From Candidatus Liptonbacteria bacterium (GTDB lineage: Bacteria > Patescibacteriota > Minisyncoccia > UBA6257 > 2-01-FULL-56-20): a stretch of DNA of 64,000 nt. The position numbers and the translations under genes were made by a program. A model generated the notes under the pieces. That model did no database searches. It worked only from the letters and a program-made list of their open reading frames with translations, and was not told the origin of the DNA. Positions 22,322 through 32,189 of the stretch are shown here, one piece after another. Position 1 is the first letter of the stretch. Each line of letters opens with the position of its first letter. Location: NCBI GenBank assembly GCA_023244895.1, contig JAHFLL010000001.1, positions 745,802 to 809,801 on the forward strand. The letters run 5' to 3'.

Positions 22322-22403
22322 GCCCGGGTGGCGAAATTGGTAGACGCGCACGTTTCAGGTACGTGTGGGGTAACCCTTGGGAGTTCGAGTCTCCCCCCGG
22401 GCA
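22322..22403 (+). tRNA. tRNA-Leu(CAG)
   Basis: GCCCGGG/CCCGGGC acceptor, CACGT-TTCAGGT-ACGTG anticodon arm, long variable arm, GTTCGAGTC; CCA not encoded. Confidence 0.95.
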
Positions 22404-22485
22404 CATAAATTAGAAACTAGAAGCTAGTGGTTAGTCTTTGGCGTTCTCTAATTTAAATAAGTCAAAATAAAAAATAAATAAAAAA

Positions 22486-24384
22486 ATGTTAGAAAGAAGA
22501 AATAAAAATTCCGGACCGCGCAGTCACCCCTCCCAAACTAGAGTTTGGGTGCCCGCGAAGGAAGAAAGAGTTCGGTCGGAATCCGAAATGGGCGGAGTAA
22601 ATACTCCCCTCAAATCAAAGTTTAACCCTCGGGGTGGCTCCGGCGTGAGAAACGAGCAGCACGCTTCGGCTAAATACGGCAAGAGAACAAGGCCGTCTCC
22701 TATGAGACGCGAGAACAAAGAAGATACTCTGCGCTTTGTGCCTCTGGGCGGATTGGAAGAAGTGGGACGAAATATGATGTTCTACGAGTATCGCGACGAA
22801 ATCGTTATTCTGGACGCAGGCCTACAATTCCCGGAGGAAGAAACGCCGGGGATAGACTACATCATTCCAAACGTGGCCTATCTGGCGGAACGCAAGGCGA
22901 ATATCCAAGCGATAATACTCACTCACGCTCACTACGATCACATTGGTGCTATACCGCACATTATGGAGAAGCTGGGCAATCCCCCGATTTACACCACCTC
23001 CTTGACGCGCGCCATCGTGGAAAAGCGCCAAACGGATTTTCCGAACAGCCCCAAGCTCAACATCATCACCATTAAAGATAAGGATAAAATTAAATTATCC
23101 AACTATTTTGAGGTGGAGTTTTTCGGGGTACCGCATACTGTGCCGGAAACAACCGGAGTGGTACTAAAAACACCGGTTGGCAAAGCGGTTCACTTCGCGG
23201 ACTTCCGTATTGATTACGACGAACATGGCGTGGCTTATGGACTGGAGGAATTCGCGCGCATCGGACAGATGGGCATAGACATATTTACAATCGACAGCAC
23301 CGCCGCGGAAAGAGAAGGCTATACTATTTCCGAAAAAATAGTAGAGAAAAATTTGGAAGAAATATTCCGGCGGGCAAAGGGCAGAATAATCGTAGCAACC
23401 TTCTCTTCGCTCCTGTCGCGCGTCGCGGAAATAATAAAGATAGCGGACAAGATTGGGCGTAAGGTTGCCCTGGCGGGCTACTCCATGAAGGCCAACGTAC
23501 AGATCGCCCAGAACCTGGGATTTATCAAAACCAAGCCTGGTGAAATTATCCCCATAGAGGAGGTGAGTAAGTATCATGACGATAAATTGCTCATCCTTTC
23601 CGCGGGAGCGCAAGGCGAAGCCAATGGCTCGCTGGCTAGAATCGTAAATGGCACTCATCGCAATCTGAAAATAAAACGGGGCGACTCGGTGGTTCTTTCC
23701 TCTTCCGTCATTCCCGGCAACGAGCGCAGCGTGCAGGTCGTAAAGGACAACCTCACCCGCCAGGGCGCGCACGTGTATCAATCCCTCCATATTGATATTC
23801 ATTCCAGCGGTCATGCCCCCAAAGAAGACCTGAAGCTGGTCATGCAACTTATTAAACCCAAGTATCTAATCCCGGTGCATGGTTATTACTTCATGCGGGC
23901 GGCGAACGCCCAATCCGCGGAAGACGTCGGTATCCCAGCCCAAAACGCCATCTTGATGGACAACGGCCAGGTTGGCGAACTTACCAAAGAAGGATTCCGA
24001 GTTACAGATGAAACCGTGCCGGCCTTCTACGTGATGGTAGATGGCTTGGGAGTGGGTGATGTGGAAGAGGTAGTTTTGCGCGATAGGCGCAGTTTGGCCC
24101 AAGAAGGCATGGTTGTATTGATTGTGGTAATTGACCGGGAGCATGGCGGTAAGATACTTAAGAATCCCGACATAATCTCCCGAGGCTTCATCTATATGAA
24201 GGAAAATCAGGAGGTTATGGAAGATATCCGCAAAAAGATAAAGAGCCTAATCGCCCGGCTCCCCTCTGATAAGCCGGTAGAGAGCGAATTCTTAAAGACT
24301 TTGTTGCGCGATCAGGTCGGTCAGTTCTTGTATAACAAGACTCGCCGCCGGCCCATGGTTATTCCGGTAGTAATAGAAATCTAA
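22486..24384 (+). CDS. rnj: Ribonuclease J
   Basis: PLGGLEEVGRN, THAHYDHIG, HSSGH, RRPMVIPV; long low-complexity N-terminus. Confidence 0.96.
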   Translation: MLERRNKNSGPRSHPSQTRVWVPAKEERVRSESEMGGVNTPLKSKFNPRGGSGVRNEQHASAKYGKRTRPSPMRRENKEDTLRFVPLGGLEEVGRNMMFYEYRDEIVILDAGLQFPEEETPGIDYIIPNVAYLAERKANIQAIILTHAHYDHIGAIPHIMEKLGNPPIYTTSLTRAIVEKRQTDFPNSPKLNIITIKDKDKIKLSNYFEVEFFGVPHTVPETTGVVLKTPVGKAVHFADFRIDYDEHGVAYGLEEFARIGQMGIDIFTIDSTAAEREGYTISEKIVEKNLEEIFRRAKGRIIVATFSSLLSRVAEIIKIADKIGRKVALAGYSMKANVQIAQNLGFIKTKPGEIIPIEEVSKYHDDKLLILSAGAQGEANGSLARIVNGTHRNLKIKRGDSVVLSSSVIPGNERSVQVVKDNLTRQGAHVYQSLHIDIHSSGHAPKEDLKLVMQLIKPKYLIPVHGYYFMRAANAQSAEDVGIPAQNAILMDNGQVGELTKEGFRVTDETVPAFYVMVDGLGVGDVEEVVLRDRRSLAQEGMVVLIVVIDREHGGKILKNPDIISRGFIYMKENQEVMEDIRKKIKSLIARLPSDKPVESEFLKTLLRDQVGQFLYNKTRRRPMVIPVVIEI

Positions 24385-24447
24385 ACAAGGCGGTTGGCGG
24401 ACTTCAAAAACTGGATTTATATCCAGTTTTTGAATTAGAATGGAGTA

Positions 24448-25434
24448 ATGACTAAGCCAATCTTGGTTTCCGGAATACAACCCAGCGGCCGGTTACACAT
24501 CGGCAATTACCTGGGCGCGCTTAAAAACTTCGTGGAGCTTCAGAATTCCGGCAAATACCAGTGCTATTTTTTCATTGCGGACCTGCATTCTCTCACCGAG
24601 AGCTACACCCCCGAAGAAAAGCATAAACAGATACTGGAGCTTACCGCGGACTTTGTGGCGGCAGGGCTGGATCCCAAAAAATCGGTCATCTTCCTGCAAT
24701 CCCAAATTCCCGCCCATAGCGAGTTGGCGTGGATTTTAAGCACTATTACACCTACCGGAGAATTGCGCCGCATGACTCAATACAAGGATAAGAGTGATAA
24801 CGAAAAAGACTCGGCGAATACCGGGCTACTCACCTACCCCATTTTAATGGCCGCGGATATTATTCTTTATGACGCTAAATTTGTGCCGGTGGGTGAAGAC
24901 CAGGTCCAACATTTGGAATTGACCCGCACCCTGGCGCGTAAGTTTAATTCCCGTTTCGGAGAAATATTTATTGAACCACAACCAATTCTGACCGAGACTC
25001 CCCGCATAATGAGCCTGAAGAATCCGGAGAAGAAAATGTCCAAGTCCGACCCAAGTAGCTGTGTTTTCTTGGATGACTCTCCGGAAGATATTCGTGCCAA
25101 GTTTAAATCCGCGACAACCGACTCCGGCAATGAGATAAAGTTTGATAAAGCCAAACCCGGCATAAGCAATCTCCTTAAAATCTTCTCTGCCGTCTCAGGT
25201 GAATCTATAAAAGAATCCGAGAAAATGTTCGCTGGTTCTACTTATTCCAACTTTAAGGGCGCGGTTGCGGAATCCATCGTTGCCCACTTCACCGATTTTA
25301 GAAAGCGCAAATCCACCCTCTTGGCCAGACCCAAAACCCTAACGAACCTCCTAAGCTCCGGCTCCAAGAAAGCGTCTTTACGAGCTAATCGTAAGATAAA
25401 GGAGATAAAAAATAGGGTAGGATTGACTGTTTAG
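24448..25434 (+). CDS. trpS: Tryptophan--tRNA ligase
   Basis: HIGNYLGA, YPILMAADI, VPVGEDQ, KMSKS. Confidence 0.97.
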   Translation: MTKPILVSGIQPSGRLHIGNYLGALKNFVELQNSGKYQCYFFIADLHSLTESYTPEEKHKQILELTADFVAAGLDPKKSVIFLQSQIPAHSELAWILSTITPTGELRRMTQYKDKSDNEKDSANTGLLTYPILMAADIILYDAKFVPVGEDQVQHLELTRTLARKFNSRFGEIFIEPQPILTETPRIMSLKNPEKKMSKSDPSSCVFLDDSPEDIRAKFKSATTDSGNEIKFDKAKPGISNLLKIFSAVSGESIKESEKMFAGSTYSNFKGAVAESIVAHFTDFRKRKSTLLARPKTLTNLLSSGSKKASLRANRKIKEIKNRVGLTV

Positions 25435-25527
25435 CATATTTTCATTATTGTTGGGCCAGTTCCAGCTATGCGGCTGGATCGATTTTACGTAACCAATAGG
25501 CAGGCGCCCTGGCGCCGAGGAGGCTAA

Positions 25528-26295
25528 TTGCTGAGGCGAAAAATCGGGAACGTGGCAGGCGTGGGTATCATCTACCGGGCAATCGACCCGGGAAAGATAT
25601 TCACCGAGGTCAAAGATGACGGCCTGCCAGCCGTTGTGTTCCGGCGGGGACTGTGCACGCCGGGCGGCAACTGGATCGGCGAGGCGGCGCGAGCGGATAC
25701 CAATCCGCTCGCCACCTACCGACGCGAGATCGGCGAAGAGTTGTCGCTCGAGAGAGCGGCCGCCTCCACGCTGGAATCGCGACTGTTGGGCATGGAACCC
25801 GACGGCAATTTCTACTTGGTGCCTCGGGCGAACGTCAAGCCCACCCCTGGCCAGATCTCGGCTCTCGCGGACATCAAGAGGGTCATCATCGAGGGGGCAA
25901 CACCATTCGTGGACCTGCTCAACACCACCCCACGGGCGGTGCTGGATCGCGCGGACGCCAACAACAAGAAGGGCGACATCATCGCTGTGGTGTCCTACTT
26001 CGCGACTGCATTGCGGGAACCGGAATGGCACGAGCTAGCCGCCCTGCAAGCGGCCTTCGGCAACTTGTCCAACGAGAGCATCACACTCGTCACCTCGCTG
26101 GACGAGATTATCACCAATGGCATGCGCTGGGCCTATGGCCACGAACACGCCATGCGCCGCTTTTTCCTGGCCTTCGGGCTCGAGGCAGCGAAGGACATGC
26201 TTGAGACGGAAGACGTCACGAGTGAATGCCTCGGGACGCCCCGGGCGTCGTACGACGACTACCTGGTTGAGTTTGACATCGAGCGCCGTCCATAG
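25528..26295 (+). CDS. Divergent NUDIX-like protein (GC-rich cassette)
   Basis: SD GAGGAGG before TTG; PGGN...RREIGEEL resembles an expanded Nudix box. Confidence 0.6.
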   Translation: MLRRKIGNVAGVGIIYRAIDPGKIFTEVKDDGLPAVVFRRGLCTPGGNWIGEAARADTNPLATYRREIGEELSLERAAASTLESRLLGMEPDGNFYLVPRANVKPTPGQISALADIKRVIIEGATPFVDLLNTTPRAVLDRADANNKKGDIIAVVSYFATALREPEWHELAALQAAFGNLSNESITLVTSLDEIITNGMRWAYGHEHAMRRFFLAFGLEAAKDMLETEDVTSECLGTPRASYDDYLVEFDIERRP

Positions 26296-26321
26296 AACAA
26301 GGCGGACGGCGCAGTAGCACA

Positions 26322-26367
26322 AGCAGCGCGGTCGGGAATCTAATCCCTTCCGCGCTGTTCGTTTTTT
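26322..26367 (+). terminator. Intrinsic terminator
   Basis: AGCAGCGCGG..GGGA/TCCC..CCGCGCTGTT followed by a T run. Confidence 0.7.
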
Positions 26368-26386
26368 TACAGAACTGATAATTTAT

Positions 26387-27244
26387 TTAAATAATAAACC
26401 GCGCGTAGATTCCTTCCGCAATAAAACGCTTGGAGCCAGATTCGGGAATGCGTAATTCTCCATACTCCCCATCCACATTCGGAAAAACATCTTGGACTAG
26501 TTGCGCTAAAGAAAGCGGCGAGTAACCGGCGGCATAGCCGTTTAATAAGAAAAATGAACCCTGCTTGAGGTTTAATAGTTTTTTGAGAGCCACCAAGAGA
26601 CGCGGCAAGTCTTCCTCTATGCGCCAAACTTCTCCTTTGGCTCCCCTTCCGAACGCGGGCGGGTCAAGAATTATACCGTCATATTTTACCCCGCGCCGAA
26701 CTTCTCTTTCGGAAAATCTCAAAGCATCGTCCAGTATGTAGCGGATATTTTTCGAGTCGGCTCCGGACAGACGCGCGTTCTCTTTCGCCCACTCATTGCT
26801 CTGTTTAGATGCGTCCACATGGGTCACTTGCGCGCCATGCTTGGCGGCTACTACCGTCGCCGCTCCGGTATATCCAAAGAGGTTCAGTACTTGAGGATTT
26901 TTAATCTTATCCACCAGATTCGCGGACCATTCCCAATTGGGTGCCTGCTCCGGGAAGATGCCAGTGTGTTTAAAGGATGTTAAACGTAAAGAAAAATAAT
27001 TATCCTGCCAGGATATTTTCCAATCGGCCGGGATGCTATTTCTAGACCATCCACCCTTTCCATCCGCCCACCTGAATGTCGCGTCTGCTTTCCCCCATTT
27101 TCCGGAATGAAGCGGATTCCAAATTGCCTGCGTCTCCGGCCGGGAGACTGTGTATTTACCATAACGCTCTAGTTTATTGTTCGCGCCGGAATCAATCAAT
27201 TCGTAGTCCTTAAACGGTTCGGCTATAAGATTAATGTTTTTCAT
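26387..27244 (-). CDS. SAM-dependent rRNA methyltransferase (RlmI/RlmK-like)
   Basis: KHTGIFPEQ, LNLFGYTG, HVDAS, ILDPPAF. Confidence 0.9.
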   Translation of the reverse strand: MKNINLIAEPFKDYELIDSGANNKLERYGKYTVSRPETQAIWNPLHSGKWGKADATFRWADGKGGWSRNSIPADWKISWQDNYFSLRLTSFKHTGIFPEQAPNWEWSANLVDKIKNPQVLNLFGYTGAATVVAAKHGAQVTHVDASKQSNEWAKENARLSGADSKNIRYILDDALRFSEREVRRGVKYDGIILDPPAFGRGAKGEVWRIEEDLPRLLVALKKLLNLKQGSFFLLNGYAAGYSPLSLAQLVQDVFPNVDGEYGELRIPESGSKRFIAEGIYARFII

Positions 27245-27279
27245 GTGAGCTATTCTAATTTCTATCTTCTAACTACTAA

Positions 27280-28038
27280 CTACTTCCCCAATGCTTCCGG
27301 ATGGCGCAAACTCCAACCATAGAGCACCACTGCTGCCGAAACCGAAGCATTCAATGATTCGCATCTGGAATCCATCGGGATTCTTAATGTCACATCACAG
27401 CGCTCCAAAGTTTTCTGGCGGATACCCTTGCCTTCGTTGCCCACCACGAAAAGAGCCGGATTCTCAAACTTCTCGTCCATCACTTTTTTCTTGCCGTCCA
27501 TTTCCAGGGCATAGATTTTAAAGTCCATCTTCTTCAATCTATCTACGGTATAGTTCACGTTTCCAATAGAAACCAGCGGAACCCGAAATGCCATACCCGC
27601 GGAAGATTTTACCACCACCCCCGTAATGGGCGCTTGATTGTGAGACGGTATAAGCACCCCCGCCGCCCCAAAAGCCGCTGCAGAGCGTATTATGGCCCCT
27701 ACGTTGTGCGGGTCGGTGAGCTCGTCCAACAGGACCAGCATAGTCCCCGCACTCGGCTCCAAGCTGGAAGCGAAACCATCAAAATCAACCATTAACTTAT
27801 CCACATCAACTATGGCCACGACGTCCTGGTGAGCGGTATCTTGGCCCACCATGCGGGAAGCTTCCTTCCCTTTTAGAAACGCGACTGTGATATCATTTTT
27901 CGCCAATAGTTTCTTGAGTTCGTCATCTCGGGACTCCTGCGAGATAAAAACTTTTTTAATGGTGCGCGGAGCATTTTGAAGCGCCTCCATTAAGGCATGC
28001 TTACCGTAGATATATATCTTTTCGCTTTCGTAACGCAT
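27280..28038 (-). CDS. rlmB: 23S rRNA 2'-O-methyltransferase, TrmH/RlmB family
   Basis: DPHNVGAIIRSA, GNEGKG, SLNASVS. Confidence 0.92.
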   Translation of the reverse strand: MRYESEKIYIYGKHALMEALQNAPRTIKKVFISQESRDDELKKLLAKNDITVAFLKGKEASRMVGQDTAHQDVVAIVDVDKLMVDFDGFASSLEPSAGTMLVLLDELTDPHNVGAIIRSAAAFGAAGVLIPSHNQAPITGVVVKSSAGMAFRVPLVSIGNVNYTVDRLKKMDFKIYALEMDGKKKVMDEKFENPALFVVGNEGKGIRQKTLERCDVTLRIPMDSRCESLNASVSAAVVLYGWSLRHPEALGK

Positions 28039-28044
28039 ATAATT

Positions 28045-31000
28045 TTAAGCCTTGGATAAAGACAATCTTATTTCTTTTCCATCTAAAGTTATCTTTTCTC
28101 CCGCATCTCCCTCCGTTATGTCGGAAATATAAGTCTTCTCGCGGTTAAATGCTTGCACGGCTTTGTTAAGATCTGCATCTCCCGTTTTATATGTCAGCTT
28201 GGCCATTTCTCCCACTTTCATACCGCCCTGTTTGCGCAATTCTTGTATGGCTCGCTCTAAACCCCTCACCAATCCCTCTAGGCGCAATTCATCGCTGATA
28301 GTCGCGTCTAAAACAACTTCCTCTTTTTGATCGGGATCTATCTTAATGTTCTTCACATTTAACTCCTCGCAAAGTATCTTCAATAATCCTTCCTGACCCT
28401 TTAATTCTTTATTCCTAATTCCTAATTCCTGGAGCGGTTGGCGCACCGGAATGTTTAATTCCTTGCGCTTTGCCATGCCCATACTCGCGGCTTCTCGCAC
28501 CACCTTCATTTGGCTAAGCAATTCTTTCTCCTCCTGGGATAATTCTTTCTTAATTGGCCAATCTACCAGATGCACCGATTCATAAGCAGTGGGGGTTGGT
28601 CCGGAAGTTTGAATGGTAAGCCCTTCGTAGTCGGCCGCAGTGAGGCTCTTATAAATTAATTCTGATAGATACGGCATGACTGGGGCTGATGCTTTCGCGA
28701 GATTGATAAGGGCATGACGCAGTGTGCCGAAAAAGTACGCATCCGCCCGGCCCCGACTGCGACGCAAATACCAAGTAGAAAGATCGTCTATATATTCCGC
28801 AATGAAGCGGGTCGCGCGCACGGTATCGTATGCATCCAAACTGTCCGTCACGCCATTTACCAGTTCTTTAGTGCGAGCCCAAATCCATTTATCCAGAACA
28901 TTGGATAACTGTTCTATGTTTAATGTCCCATGTTTTGTGTCCTTCGGCGCGTAGGTCAAAAAATAATTCAACACATTCCAAGGAATGAGCACCATCTTGC
29001 GATACAGGTCGCCCAATTCCCGCTCGCTAAAGTTCAAATTGTCCGCCTGCATTACGCTAGAGTTCATTAGATAGAAACGCAAGGCGTCTACGCCATACTT
29101 CTCTATCACCACCCATGGGTCCGGATAGTTCTTCTTGGACTTGCTCATCTTGGAACCATCCTCAGCTAGAATCGTTCCGGTTGTGACCACGTTCTCAAAA
29201 GGCGCCTTGCCGAAGAGTTCTATGGATAAAACATGCATCACATAAAACCAGGCGCGAGTCTGGGCGATATACTCCGCCACAAACTGACCAGGGAAACGAG
29301 CTTCAAAAACTTCTTTCTGGTCAAAAGGATAATGGAATTCCGCGAAAGGCATAGAGCCCGCCTCTACCCAGGAATCAAATATCTCCGGTACGCGCTTGGC
29401 ATTCTTGCCGCACTTGTCGCATTTAAGAATAATCTGATCAATGTGCGGGCGGTGCAGGTCTGTGATGCTAACGTCCAGCGAGAAGACCTTAGCGAACCTT
29501 GGCACAGGAGGTAGCTCCGACCCATAATATTGCATAAGCACATACAACGGGTCGCCGTGCGAAACAATCAGTATTTTCTTGCCGGAATATTCGCGGTTCT
29601 TTTCGTTAATAAAATCGACCATGCGCTCCCGAACACTGGTTCGCGTCTCCCCGCCCTCCGGACACCTAGTCCACCGCTCCGAACCTGGAAAGTCCCTCTC
29701 AAACTCAGCGTACGTTTTGCCGTTGTAATCCCCGACTCCAAGCTCTCGTAAGCGCTCATCAAATTCAAGCGGAACGCCCAGCGCGGCCGCCAGGGTTTCG
29801 GCGGTTTGTTTGGTACGCGTTATGTCTGACGCGAAAATCATATCTACCCCACCCATTTCCCCTAGGTGTCCCGCCAGATCTTTTACGCGCTTCACGCCCT
29901 CCTTGGTTAGATTATATTTTTCCGGTTCTGGCCAGCAGTTATTCAATCCTAAAACATTATTTTCTCCTTCTCCGTGCCGGGTAAATAAAAATGTATTTTT
30001 TTCTAATCCCAGCTCCTTAATACTGCCAACTACTTTATTTTCTCCACAAGACTCACACTTCCAAACCGGGATGGGGTTGCCCCAGTAGCGATTGCGGGAA
30101 ATGTTCCAATCCGGCGCCTGCTCCACGCTCTTTTCATATCGGCCATGCTTCAAGTGCCCCGGATACCAGTTAATCTCCTTCTTGTTAGACTCAACCAACT
30201 TGCCCTTTATTTTCTGGATATTGATAAACCAGGCCGGAATAGCGTTATAGAAAAGCTTATTGCCGCATCTCCAGCAGTGCGGATAGGAGTGAGGGTAGTC
30301 CTGTTTAGAGAATAGCAATCCATCCTTCTCCAGCTCTTCCACGACCATCTTGTTGGCCTTCTCAAAATACTGTCCCCTTAAAAATCCGGGAGCCTTCTCG
30401 TTAAAATGACCCTTACCGTCCAAGAGCGGGACAACCGGCAGTCCGTACTTCAGTCCCAAATCATAGTCGTCTTCTCCGTAAACGACGGCAGTGTGCACTA
30501 TGCCGGTTCCGTCTTCGGTGGTAACGAAATCCGCCGGATAAACCTGGAAGGTCTTGTCGGTCTGCACGGCTGGGACATCAAACAATGCCTCATACTTCAG
30601 ACCAATCAGGCTCTTGCCGGGAATGTCTGATCTCTCTACCTCCGGCTGACTCGGAAAAACTTTGCTGACTAGATCCTTCGCTAGAACATATCTATTTCCT
30701 TCCAGCGTCGCGACGACGTATTCAACATTCTCCCCTACCGCCAAGGCGACGTTCCCCGGCAGAGTCCAGGGTGTAGTTGTCCAGGCTAACAGGTATGTAT
30801 TTTCCGGTACGGACCAGCCACCTATCTTTTGACCCGGCACAACTTTAAATTTCGCCGTGAGAGAGGTGTCGGTTACATCTTTATAGGAATTATCCATCGC
30901 CACTTCAAAGTTTGAGACTGGTGTCTCGCAGCGCGGACAATACATCAAAACTTTACGTCCTTCATAAACCAAGCCCTTTTCATAAAACTGCTTGAATCCC

Positions 31001-31500
31001 CACCAGACCGATTCCATATAGTCTCGGTCCATGGTCTTGTAGGAATTATCAAACTCGGTCCAGCGCGCTATGCGGCGGACCATCTTTTTCCACTCGCCGG
31101 CATATTCCAAAACTTTTTCCTTGCAGGTAGCGTTAAATTTTTCTATGCCCAACTCCTCAATCTGCTTTTTGCCGGAGATGCCCAAATGGCGCTCCACAAT
31201 CTCCTCAATCGGCAAGCCGTGGCAATCCCAACCCCAACGGCGACGCACATAGCGCCCCTTCATAGTCTGATAGCGAGGAATCAGGTCTTTTATAGTAGAG
31301 GCCAGAATGTGGCCATAGTGAGGCAGACCGGTTGCGAAAGGCGGACCATCATAAAAGGTGTACGCCTCCCCATCCTTGGTCTTTCCCAAGGTTTTCTCAA
31401 AAATCTTATTCTCTTCCCAAAATTTCAGAATTTTCTCCTCAATGACCGGAAGATTAAACCCTTCCTCTAAGAATTTGCCGCTATTATCTTCTGAGCTCAT
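28045..31500 (-). CDS. ileS: Isoleucine--tRNA ligase (type 2) with inserted histidine phosphatase domain
   Basis: DGPPFATGLPHYGH, GWDCHGLP, WTTTPWT, WNISRNRYWG, KMSKS; insert with RHG and SHG. Confidence 0.96.
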   Translation of the reverse strand: MSSEDNSGKFLEEGFNLPVIEEKILKFWEENKIFEKTLGKTKDGEAYTFYDGPPFATGLPHYGHILASTIKDLIPRYQTMKGRYVRRRWGWDCHGLPIEEIVERHLGISGKKQIEELGIEKFNATCKEKVLEYAGEWKKMVRRIARWTEFDNSYKTMDRDYMESVWWGFKQFYEKGLVYEGRKVLMYCPRCETPVSNFEVAMDNSYKDVTDTSLTAKFKVVPGQKIGGWSVPENTYLLAWTTTPWTLPGNVALAVGENVEYVVATLEGNRYVLAKDLVSKVFPSQPEVERSDIPGKSLIGLKYEALFDVPAVQTDKTFQVYPADFVTTEDGTGIVHTAVVYGEDDYDLGLKYGLPVVPLLDGKGHFNEKAPGFLRGQYFEKANKMVVEELEKDGLLFSKQDYPHSYPHCWRCGNKLFYNAIPAWFINIQKIKGKLVESNKKEINWYPGHLKHGRYEKSVEQAPDWNISRNRYWGNPIPVWKCESCGENKVVGSIKELGLEKNTFLFTRHGEGENNVLGLNNCWPEPEKYNLTKEGVKRVKDLAGHLGEMGGVDMIFASDITRTKQTAETLAAALGVPLEFDERLRELGVGDYNGKTYAEFERDFPGSERWTRCPEGGETRTSVRERMVDFINEKNREYSGKKILIVSHGDPLYVLMQYYGSELPPVPRFAKVFSLDVSITDLHRPHIDQIILKCDKCGKNAKRVPEIFDSWVEAGSMPFAEFHYPFDQKEVFEARFPGQFVAEYIAQTRAWFYVMHVLSIELFGKAPFENVVTTGTILAEDGSKMSKSKKNYPDPWVVIEKYGVDALRFYLMNSSVMQADNLNFSERELGDLYRKMVLIPWNVLNYFLTYAPKDTKHGTLNIEQLSNVLDKWIWARTKELVNGVTDSLDAYDTVRATRFIAEYIDDLSTWYLRRSRGRADAYFFGTLRHALINLAKASAPVMPYLSELIYKSLTAADYEGLTIQTSGPTPTAYESVHLVDWPIKKELSQEEKELLSQMKVVREAASMGMAKRKELNIPVRQPLQELGIRNKELKGQEGLLKILCEELNVKNIKIDPDQKEEVVLDATISDELRLEGLVRGLERAIQELRKQGGMKVGEMAKLTYKTGDADLNKAVQAFNREKTYISDITEGDAGEKITLDGKEIRLSLSKA

Positions 31501-31628
31501 TCCCTAAAAATATCAGGAAGTCGGCCATAAATCAAAGATTGCGCATGGCCAGAAGGACAGGACGTGGCCCTTTCCAGTCAGCCATTCCCACGATAAACCG
31601 GGGGTGTCGGCTGTGCTATGCTTAAGAC

Positions 31629-32072
31629 ATGACCGAAGAAATAAAAATCCCGCGGGTGGCGATTAATGTTTTGGTAATTAAAGACGGCAAGGCTCTGATG
31701 GGAAAAAAGAATAATCCCAGCAAGGTAGGATGTGGCACCTGGTGCTTTCCGGGAGGAAAGTTGGATTTTGGGGAATATTTAGCGGAAGGAGCTAAACGGG
31801 AACTACTAGAAGAAACCGGCCTAAAGGCAAGAACACTAAAGCTCTCCAATATTATTGACGAACCCCAAGCTTCCGGCGGGGCTCATTATCTGCATATAAA
31901 TTTCCTTGCGACAGACTGGGAAGGAGAACCAACCGTGATGGAGCCGGATAGATTTGAGAAGTGGGAGTGGTTTGATTTAGACAAACTACCAGCAGAAACA
32001 TTCCCCAGTCACCAGAGATTTATCCCGGCGTATTTACGGAAAGAGGTTCTAGATGACGGCACTAATCGATAG
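31629..32072 (+). CDS. NUDIX hydrolase (NUDT15/MutT-like)
   Basis: PGGKLDFGEYLAEGAKRELLEETGL, MEPDRFEKWEWF. Confidence 0.92.
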   Translation: MTEEIKIPRVAINVLVIKDGKALMGKKNNPSKVGCGTWCFPGGKLDFGEYLAEGAKRELLEETGLKARTLKLSNIIDEPQASGGAHYLHINFLATDWEGEPTVMEPDRFEKWEWFDLDKLPAETFPSHQRFIPAYLRKEVLDDGTNR

Positions 32073-32189
32073 CACGGTCACATTAACCCGTCTTTGCCTT
32101 TCCGTTTTTTTACTTACTATCTGCTAGCTACCACTTTTTACTATTCCCCCATTCGTGTGTGCGCATTCGTAGCGCGCTATTCGTATACC

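Noticed and set aside
25378-26322. Multiple long overlapping ORFs here and at 38744-39641 and 46974-47684
   Set aside because: Expected scarcity of stop codons in GC-rich DNA; only one frame per locus has an SD and a protein-like sequence
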